Shown here piece by piece: positions 57,296 through 64,000 of a DNA stretch of 64,000 nt (its first letter is position 1; the number at the start of each line of letters is the position of its first letter). The stretch is from Candidatus Latescibacterota bacterium (lineage in GTDB: Bacteria; Latescibacterota; UBA2968; UBA8231). The notes under the pieces are model-generated. The model was not told the DNA's origin. It saw only the letters and a list, made by a program, of their open reading frames with translations, and ran no database searches. The stretch spans positions 588,176 to 652,175 of the forward strand of contig CBDAOB010000005.1 of assembly GCA_965197905.1 (NCBI GenBank), read 5' to 3'. A program made the translations under genes and the position numbers.

Positions 57296-58109
57296 GCAGT
57301 CGCTGCTTCCCTCGACCAGACAAGCGGCACCATCGCCTCGTCGTCCATGACATCGCCGATGCGCAGGCTGCGGGCTCGCTCGACGGAGAGGATATTCTGC
57401 AGTCCGTTGAAGGTGGCTCCGTTAGGCATGTAGGAGCAGGTCATGGCTCGACGCCAATAGGGGGTCATGTTAGGGCCGGCCGCATGGGCTATCGTGCTGT
57501 TGTGAACGCCCGCCCGCCCCTCTTGAGCTCTACAGGTACTGCTTCGACCATCTTGAGCTCAGGATAGATATCGAACAGATCGGGCATGTCGGCTCCGGTG
57601 GTGGAGGAGCCGAGGTCGTGTTGGGTGACCTTGTGGGAGCCCGGAAGATAGTAGAGGCAGCCGTTCTGGATGGTCACTGGATCGAGTGCCACCCAGATGG
57701 TGACCGACTGGTAGGAATGAAAGGACCACTTGGGGTTGTCCATGTGCCATGACGTGGCGTTGCCCCACGGCGCTTTCTGCAAGGTCTGGTCGTGCCACAT
57801 CCGAATGCCGTCAATACCGGCAAGCCGGCAACACATCTCACCCACCTCCGGTGCCAGGAAATATCGACGCACCGTCTCGCTAATCTTCCAGAGATTCAGT
57901 CGCTGCAGAAAGATTTTGCTGTACTGGTCATTGTCCACGAGATCGCGGCCCTCGCCCGCAATCCGTCTATTTCCCAACTCCTCGATGCACTCTTCGATGG
58001 CAGACAGAAGCTCTGCGATTTCGTCCTCACCGAGGAATTCGTCTATTATGGTAAATCCGTCCCGGTCGAACGCTTCGATCTGTTCCTGGGTGATCTGCGT
58101 GTTCATGGT
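57258..58109 (-). CDS. PhyH-family dioxygenase (fourth copy), frameshifted near 57500-57515
   Basis: The N-terminal frame has 'MNTQITQEQIEAFDRDGFTIIDEFL...WHMDNPKW' and ends 'ELKRGGRAFTTAR*'. The next frame continues 'RAGVHNSTIAHAAGPNMTPYWRRAMTCSYMPNGATF', a typical PhyH C-terminus. The junction lies in 'GAGGGGCGGGCGGGCG'. Confidence 0.5.
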
Positions 58110-58132
58110 GATGCGCTCCCTTCGCGGATACC

Positions 58133-58507
58133 GTGATCGCCGGCGCCAATGAGGCAAAGTATGAGGAATTTCGATTCCAGGTCAACCGAAACGCAACCTT
58201 AGAGCGGGAAATGCTGGAAGCGCTAGCCCAACACCCGAATTTGACCATCAAGCTGCCCGGATTCGGTGAGATCTGCGAGTTGCCCTATCCCTTTCAGGAA
58301 GTGCCCGAGGCGGTCCGTGATTCGCTGGAGGCATTTGGACCGGAGCGCGTTATGTGGGGCAGCGATTTTCCGCCGGTCAGCACCCGAGAAGGGTATCATC
58401 ACTCGCTGGATTTTCCGCTGCAGTATCTCGCCGATCTCAGCGAACAAGACCGCGAGTGGATATTTGGCGGCGCGGCGCTAAAGGTGTGGGGCTTTCGAGG
58501 GGAGTGA
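58133..58507 (+). pseudogene. N-terminally truncated amidohydrolase-2 remnant (C-terminal ~120 aa only)
   Basis: 'RVMWGSDFPP' and 'DREWIFGGAALKVW' are the C-terminal strand motifs of amidohydrolase-2. Upstream on this strand is antisense to the PhyH gene, so the N-terminal two-thirds is absent. Confidence 0.45.
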
Positions 58508-58513
58508 GCGTGG

Positions 58514-59434
58514 CTAGTCCACCAGCTTCGGATCCAGTGCGTCCCGCAACGCGTCGCCGACCACGTTGAGCGAATAGATAATCCCAAACATCACGATGAT
58601 CACTCCCACCAATGGCCACCATATTCCCTGGCTCAGCTCGCCCGTGGCTTCGGAGATCATGGTGCCCCAGCTGGCGCCGTCCTGAATGCCAACGCCAAGG
58701 AAGGTCAGGATCACTTCCGATTTGATGGCTCCGAGCACGGTGAGGGAGGCGGTGATAATCGCCAGATGCACCACGTTCGGCAGGATGTGACGGAACATGA
58801 CCGTCATGTTTCCGGCGCCGATCAGCTTCACCGCAAGGACGTAATCCCTGTTCTTGTGTTTGAGCACCTCACCCCGAATCAAGCGGCACAGTCCTACCCA
58901 GCCGACCGCACCCAGGGCGATACAGACTGACAGGATGCCTTTGCCCAGCGCGTAGGAGATAGCAATGATCAGCAGGATGTACGGCACCGATGAGATGACG
59001 CTGTAGAGCCAGACGACCACCGCATCTACCTTGCCCCCAAGATACCCGGACACGGACCCGAAGAAGATGCCCAGCGGAACCGCTATGCCGGTCACCACCA
59101 GTCCGATGGTCATCGCGGTTTTGGTGCCGATCAGGATCTTGTAAAGAATCGAACGGCCGAAGATGTCGGTTCCGAGGAGCTTGGCAAAACTCAAGCTGGG
59201 CTCCTCGTAGGAAGAACCGACCCGCTCCTGGAAATCGGGCAACAACCCCACGTACCCCAGGAGTGCGATCAACAGATAGAGCAGTACGATGCCGAAACAG
59301 CTCACCACGTATGGCTTGCGCGACAGGCGAAACAGCGCTCGGCGGCCGATGCTCTCCCCCTTTGCCGCTCGCAGTGCTCGCGAGTCGCTTCCGCTGCGCA
59401 CCTCTGTCTCGCTTTGTTCAGTCTTCACCATCAC
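58514..59434 (-). CDS. Peptide/nickel ABC transporter permease (OppC/DppC-like)
   Basis: Multi-TM protein. 'YVLAVKLIGAGNMTVMFRHILPNV' matches the ABC type-I permease EAA-loop region. There is a 4-nt ATGA overlap with the upstream permease. Confidence 0.8.
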   Translation of the reverse strand: MMVKTEQSETEVRSGSDSRALRAAKGESIGRRALFRLSRKPYVVSCFGIVLLYLLIALLGYVGLLPDFQERVGSSYEEPSLSFAKLLGTDIFGRSILYKILIGTKTAMTIGLVVTGIAVPLGIFFGSVSGYLGGKVDAVVVWLYSVISSVPYILLIIAISYALGKGILSVCIALGAVGWVGLCRLIRGEVLKHKNRDYVLAVKLIGAGNMTVMFRHILPNVVHLAIITASLTVLGAIKSEVILTFLGVGIQDGASWGTMISEATGELSQGIWWPLVGVIIVMFGIIYSLNVVGDALRDALDPKLVD

Positions 59435-60363
59435 GACAGCTGGACTCGCGGGTCTACGTAGGCGTAGAGGATGTCGGTAAGCAGGTTGAAGGCTGAGTAG
59501 GCGATCGCCATCAAGATTGTCAGGCTCTTGAGCACCGGGAAATCGCCGGTATTGATGGCGGTGATCAGGATGTCTCCGACTCCTGGAAGGCTGAAGAATC
59601 GCTCCATCAGGAACGCTCCGAGAATCAAGAAGGGGATGCCGATCACCGAATAAGTGAGGATTGGGATCATGGCGTTCTTGAGGATATGATTCAGCAGCAC
59701 TGACGGTTCGCTGGCGCCCTTGGCGAAAGCGGTGCGCACGTAGTCCGCTTTAGTCTCGTCGAGAAAAACCGTGCGGAACATGCGAATGTCCTGGCCGGCG
59801 CTAACGAACATAATGATGATCCACGGCAAGATCAGGTACTGGATACCTGCCCAGCCCTCTGCGAAGCCGTTGATCGGGAAGAGGTCCCACTTGTATGCGA
59901 GCAGGTACTGGAAGCCAATGATGTAAACCAGGTAGGATACAGACATGGCGGCGACGAAAAAGACGGTGGACCAACGATCGAACCAGCTGCCGCGAAAGAA
60001 GGCGATGGCCAGGGCTATAAGCAGGTTGGTGCTCATGCCGAAGAAGTAGGGGAACACGGTGAGGCTGAGGGAGACGGCGACACCGTCCGCAAACATGTCG
60101 GTGAGACGCTCTCCGGTGTTGAAGGAGCGGCCCAGGTCCAGGGTCGCTATCTGGGCAAGAAAATCGAGAAACTGCAGGGCCAGCGGTTTGTCGAGGCCCC
60201 ACTGGCTGCGCAGCTCGTCGATCGCCTCCTGGTTGGCGTGCTGGCCCAAGGCGACCCTGACCGGGTCTTCACCCACTGACGAAAACAGCAGGAAAACAAG
60301 CAGGGCGACCCCCAGTATTATGGGGATCATATACAACACGCGGCGAATTATGTAGGCGGTCAT
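59431..60363 (-). CDS. Peptide/nickel ABC transporter permease (OppB/DppB-like)
   Basis: 'MTAYIIRRVLYMIPIILGVALLVFLL' is the canonical OppB N-terminus. 'YVRTAFAKGASEPSVLLNHILKNA' is the EAA motif. Confidence 0.8.
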   Translation of the reverse strand: MTAYIIRRVLYMIPIILGVALLVFLLFSSVGEDPVRVALGQHANQEAIDELRSQWGLDKPLALQFLDFLAQIATLDLGRSFNTGERLTDMFADGVAVSLSLTVFPYFFGMSTNLLIALAIAFFRGSWFDRWSTVFFVAAMSVSYLVYIIGFQYLLAYKWDLFPINGFAEGWAGIQYLILPWIIIMFVSAGQDIRMFRTVFLDETKADYVRTAFAKGASEPSVLLNHILKNAMIPILTYSVIGIPFLILGAFLMERFFSLPGVGDILITAINTGDFPVLKSLTILMAIAYSAFNLLTDILYAYVDPRVQLS

Positions 60364-60380
60364 GTCGAAGCGTTTCGTTG

Positions 60381-62162
60381 CTACCTCAGATTGAGATATT
60401 TGTACGGAACATCCACCATCATGTTGCGTTTCATGTTGCTGAGCCGTGGTTGATAGAGACCGAAATAAACGCGGTTGTTGCGTAAAATAAGCGGTACCTC
60501 CTCCGTGATGATCTCGGACATGCGCTTGAAAAGCTCGAAGCGTTCGGGACCATTCGGCATGAACTTCGATTTCTCATATAGCTGGTCATACTCGGGGTTG
60601 CCATACATGCTCATGTTTGGGCCCGGCTTGCGGTTGGGGCCGTACAAGAGTTGATAGAAGTTCTCTCCGTCGGGATAGTCGGCGCCCCACGCGGCTTCGG
60701 CAATCTGGAAGTTGCCCGACTCGATCCTGGTCAGGAAGGCGGAGAAGGTTTGGAAGTTGGCTTTTACCTTGATGTCAACCATCGCCAGCTCATTGCGCAT
60801 GAACTCGAACGACTGCCGCATGTCTTTGGTAGTGCTGCGAAAATCGATGGTGATTTCAGGCAACCCCTTTCCGTCCGGAAACCCAGCTTCGGCGAGTTTC
60901 TTCCGCGCCATCTCGACGTCCTTCTGGTAGTACTTGAAATCGATGTCGCTCTCGCTGCCGGAGATCGGATGGGGCACTATGGTGTTGAGGGGCATGCCGC
61001 GCCCGTTGTGCAACAGGTCTATCCAATCCTTCGTGCTCATTGCGTAGGCGAACGCCTGCCGCAAAGCCTTGTTTTCACCGAAGAGCGGATCCTTCATGTT
61101 GAAGGCGACATAACCAGCGTAGAGCCCCGGTTCGGTGTACATCTCGTACTTGTTGGCATATTCCTCCTTGAGGTGGAACCGACCTTCCTCATCGCGGTAA
61201 GCCATTCGCACGAAATCGTCCTTGTTCATGCCGATCCAGTCAATCTCGCCCTTCTTGAACTTGAGCATCGCCGGCTGCGATTCTTCGATCAACGGCAGGC
61301 GCACCTCATCTATGAGCGGTAGTTTCTTGCCCGCATCAGCGAGCAATCCGCGCTCCCTGTCTCCGGCCTCCCCGGAGGTCGGGTAGGTCTGGTGGTAGTT
61401 CGGGTTTCTGGCGAGGATCATCTCGCCTCGCCTGGACTGCTGTTTCATGTAGAACGGGCCAGTGCCGACCGGGTGGCGTCCAATGTCCTCGCCGTACTCC
61501 TCAACCGCCTCCCGGGCGAGGATCGACATGCCGGAGAACGCCAAAGGAAAGAGCGCAAGTGGATTGTCCGCGGTAAAGCGAACCGTCATGGTGTACTTGT
61601 CGACCTTCCGAACACCCGAGATCGCCGACGCGTCGTAGTCCGTCGGTTTGCCCAAACGTTTGGTTTCCGCGCGGAATTCGTCCATGCCGTCGATAAATCC
61701 CTGGATCAAGGAATAGCTCAGAATGTTCACGTTGGCGTCTGCAAATCGCTTGAGAGTGAAGATGACATCGTCGATGGTGACTTCCCGCCCTTTGCCACCT
61801 GCAAAACAGGGATCATCGACAAACCTCACGGCTTTTTTCAGGGTGAACTTGTAGGTCACACCGTCCACCTGTTTTTCCGGCATGGTGGCCAGCAAACCCG
61901 GGATCAAACGATACGGTCGATCCAGGTAGTGATATTCTATCAAGGTGTCGAACAGGTTGGAGATAACGTTCGCCGACGCCTGGTCGAACTGCTTCATCGG
62001 GTCGAGGGTTTTGTGCGCGCTGCTGCGATGGAGTCGGAGGACTTTCAAACCTGCTGAACTGGTGTCCGTGCTCTCCCGATCGTCGTCAGTGCCGCAGGCG
62101 ATGGTGAGGGCGAAGGCCAACGCGACGATTGAATTTTTTGCGACAACGTTCGATAACTTCAC
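60381..62162 (-). CDS. ABC transporter substrate-binding lipoprotein, SBP family 5 (peptide/nickel type)
   Basis: GTG start with SD 'GAAGGAG' ('MKLSNVVAKNSIVALAFALTIACGTDDD' lipobox). Its length (~593 aa) and motifs ('YHYLDRPYRLIPGLLATMPE', 'RNPNYHQ') are typical of OppA/DppA. Confidence 0.75.
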   Translation of the reverse strand: MKLSNVVAKNSIVALAFALTIACGTDDDRESTDTSSAGLKVLRLHRSSAHKTLDPMKQFDQASANVISNLFDTLIEYHYLDRPYRLIPGLLATMPEKQVDGVTYKFTLKKAVRFVDDPCFAGGKGREVTIDDVIFTLKRFADANVNILSYSLIQGFIDGMDEFRAETKRLGKPTDYDASAISGVRKVDKYTMTVRFTADNPLALFPLAFSGMSILAREAVEEYGEDIGRHPVGTGPFYMKQQSRRGEMILARNPNYHQTYPTSGEAGDRERGLLADAGKKLPLIDEVRLPLIEESQPAMLKFKKGEIDWIGMNKDDFVRMAYRDEEGRFHLKEEYANKYEMYTEPGLYAGYVAFNMKDPLFGENKALRQAFAYAMSTKDWIDLLHNGRGMPLNTIVPHPISGSESDIDFKYYQKDVEMARKKLAEAGFPDGKGLPEITIDFRSTTKDMRQSFEFMRNELAMVDIKVKANFQTFSAFLTRIESGNFQIAEAAWGADYPDGENFYQLLYGPNRKPGPNMSMYGNPEYDQLYEKSKFMPNGPERFELFKRMSEIITEEVPLILRNNRVYFGLYQPRLSNMKRNMMVDVPYKYLNLR

Positions 62163-62216
62163 TTCATCAACTCCTTCTGCTATTTCGCTCGTGATGCGAA
62201 AACACAACGAGACACA

Positions 62217-63200
62217 TTACGAGCCAATCTCTTCGAAAAAGTGACAGGCCGCCTGGTGTTCGCGGTTGCCCGTCACTGGGCGCATGGTTGGGTTCTCCTG
62301 GCGGCAGCGTTCCTGGACATGCGGACACCGGATGTGGAATGCGCAACCGGTCGGTGGATCGCTGGGACTGGGCACATCCCCTTCGAGCGGCTGGCCCTGC
62401 TCGCGCCGGCGCGGGTTGGGTAGGGGTACCGAAGACAACAGCGCCCGGGTATACGGATGGCGGGGCTCGCGGTAGATGTCATCCGAGGAGGCGATTTCCA
62501 CCAGCCGGCCCAGGTACATCACGGCGACGCGATCGGAGATGTATTTTACTACCGTAAGGTCGTGGGAAATGAAGATGTAGGTCAGGTCCAACCGATTCTG
62601 CAGATCCACTAGTAGATTCAGCACCTGGGCCTGGATCGACACATCGAGGGCCGATACCGGTTCATCGGCGATGACCAGCCGAGGACCGAGAGCCAACGCG
62701 CGGGCGATGCCGATACGCTGTCGTTGTCCGCCACTGAACTCGTGGGGATAGCGGTAGAGATCCTCGGGCCGCAGGCCAACGGTTTGCATCAGCTCGAGCA
62801 CGGTATCCAATCTGGCAGCCCCGTTCCCCACGCGGTGGATCCTGAGCGGTTCCTCCAATATCGAGCGCACTGTTTGCCGTGGGTTGAGCGAGGCGTAGGG
62901 ATCCTGAAAGATCATCTGCATGTCACGTCGCAATTCGCGATCACGATCCTTCGCCACCGCGGTAAAATCCACGCCGTCGAAACGGACCGATCCACTGGTC
63001 GGAGCATACAACCTGACGATGGCGCGGCCGAGGGTGGTTTTGCCGCAGCCCGACTCTCCTACGATGCCGAGGGTTTCTCCCTTTTCAAGACTGAAACTCA
63101 CATCGCTGACGGCGTATACGGCCCCCACGGGACGTTTTAGAACGCCCCCGAGAATCGGAAAGTGTACACTCAGATCCTGAACTTCGAGCAGAGGGCTCAT
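62217..63200 (-). CDS. ABC transporter ATP-binding protein (OppF/DppF-like)
   Basis: Start '[14 protein letters not shown]'. Walker A is 'GESGCGKTT', the signature is 'LSGGQRQR', Walker B is 'VIADEP', and the C-terminal oligopeptide ABC domain has 'CRFHPRCP'-like '[10 protein letters not shown]'. Confidence 0.8.
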   Translation of the reverse strand: MSPLLEVQDLSVHFPILGGVLKRPVGAVYAVSDVSFSLEKGETLGIVGESGCGKTTLGRAIVRLYAPTSGSVRFDGVDFTAVAKDRDRELRRDMQMIFQDPYASLNPRQTVRSILEEPLRIHRVGNGAARLDTVLELMQTVGLRPEDLYRYPHEFSGGQRQRIGIARALALGPRLVIADEPVSALDVSIQAQVLNLLVDLQNRLDLTYIFISHDLTVVKYISDRVAVMYLGRLVEIASSDDIYREPRHPYTRALLSSVPLPNPRRREQGQPLEGDVPSPSDPPTGCAFHIRCPHVQERCRQENPTMRPVTGNREHQAACHFFEEIGS

Positions 63201-64000
63201 CAGTGGCGTAGTTGGTACGCGGTCAGCTGGTCGTGTTTGAAACAGGACACCCGGTGCGACGGGGCGCACTCTTGCAAATCTGGAATGGACTGGGAACAGC
63301 TGTCCTCCGCGAAGGAACATCGGGGATGGAAGCGACATCCCGGAGGCAGATACGCGAGGCCGGGCACCGTGCCTTCAATGATCTGCAGAGGTTCGGTTGA
63401 ACGGTCCTCGAGGGATGGAATGGAGTCCATCAAACCGCGGGTGTAAGGATGACGGGGATTCTCGAAGATCTCGAAGACGGGTCCACTCTCGACGATCCGT
63501 CCAGCGTACATGATCGCGACCTCGTCCGCCACCTCGGCGACGACACCAAGATCGTGGGTGATGAAGATGATGGAAGTACCTCGTCTTTCTTGCAGTGCTG
63601 CCATCAGCCGCAGAATCTGCGCCTGGATGGTCACGTCGAGAGCCGTAGTGGGTTCGTCGGCGATCAACAGCTCCGGCTCGCAGGCCAATGCCATGGCGAT
63701 CATGACCCGCTGACGCATGCCCCCTGACAGCTGGAACGGGTATTCTCCGGCGTGGCGGGCTGCATCGGGGATCGCCACCTGGTCCAACATGCGTATCGCC
63801 TCCGCAAGCGCGTCGTTGCGTGAAAGGCCGCGGTGGATCCGGAACGCTTCGGCGATCTGCTGACCCACGGTGTATACCGGGTTCAACGAGGTCATCGGCT
63901 CCTGGAAGATCATGGAAATGCGGTTGCCGCGGATGCGGCGCATCTCCTCGTTCCGCAAGGACAAGATGTCTTCCGAACCCAGAAGGATTCTGCCGCGATC
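63200..64000 (-). CDS. ABC transporter ATP-binding protein (OppD/DppD-like), N-terminus beyond the window end
   Basis: '[15 protein letters not shown]', '[12 protein letters not shown]', '[11 protein letters not shown]', 'CRFHPRC'. The reading frame stays open to nt 64000. Confidence 0.8.
   Translation of the reverse strand, partial: DRGRILLGSEDILSLRNEEMRRIRGNRISMIFQEPMTSLNPVYTVGQQIAEAFRIHRGLSRNDALAEAIRMLDQVAIPDAARHAGEYPFQLSGGMRQRVMIAMALACEPELLIADEPTTALDVTIQAQILRLMAALQERRGTSIIFITHDLGVVAEVADEVAIMYAGRIVESGPVFEIFENPRHPYTRGLMDSIPSLEDRSTEPLQIIEGTVPGLAYLPPGCRFHPRCSFAEDSCSQSIPDLQECAPSHRVSCFKHDQLTAYQLRH

Noticed and set aside
1-64000. Mobile elements, integrases, tRNA/rRNA genes
   Set aside because: I recognised no transposase DDE, tyrosine-recombinase motifs, inverted terminal repeats or tRNA-like cloverleaf candidates on either strand. 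Their absence cannot be proven by eye.

Overview
This is a 64-kb, high-GC (about 60-63%) bacterial chromosomal segment, densely coded on both strands. I recognised no rRNA, tRNA, CRISPR array, transposase or integrase by eye. Most genes have clear Shine-Dalgarno sites (AAGGAG, AGGAGGA), and three proteins carry a T9SS/FlgD-type 'YPNPFNP' domain. Together with two CRTAC1 (FG-GAP/ASPIC-UnbV) proteins, this points to an uncultivated FCB-group-like lineage rather than classical Bacteroidota; that placement is a low-confidence inference. Gene content is dominated by catabolic and periplasmic functions. There are four PhyH-family dioxygenases, four amidohydrolase-2 genes or fragments, two class-III aminotransferases, two Gfo/Idh/MocA oxidoreductases, a phosphotriesterase-family protein, mannonate dehydratase, rhamnose mutarotase, a neutral-ceramidase-like gene, gamma-glutamyltranspeptidase, an octaheme c-type cytochrome, and a complete Opp/Dpp-type peptide ABC transporter operon at the 3' end. 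The most striking feature is a family of four paralogous polytopic membrane proteins of about 650 aa with no family I can assign. One copy sits at 6.3 kb and three sit in a tight tandem array at 25-31 kb. The array is translationally coupled to a 722-aa LamG/dimethylformamidase-beta-like protein. Other oddities are a YceI-like lipid-binding protein with a C-terminal Cys-Gly repeat tail encoded by a tandem DNA repeat, a GGT gene ending in a hexanucleotide-repeat-encoded Gly-Ala tail that overlaps the cytochrome start, an LRR protein with an internal T9SS-CTD-like domain, and a decayed capD/pglF-like pseudogene. At least five genes are interrupted by single-base frameshifts at short homopolymers, which points to either assembly indel errors or ongoing gene decay.
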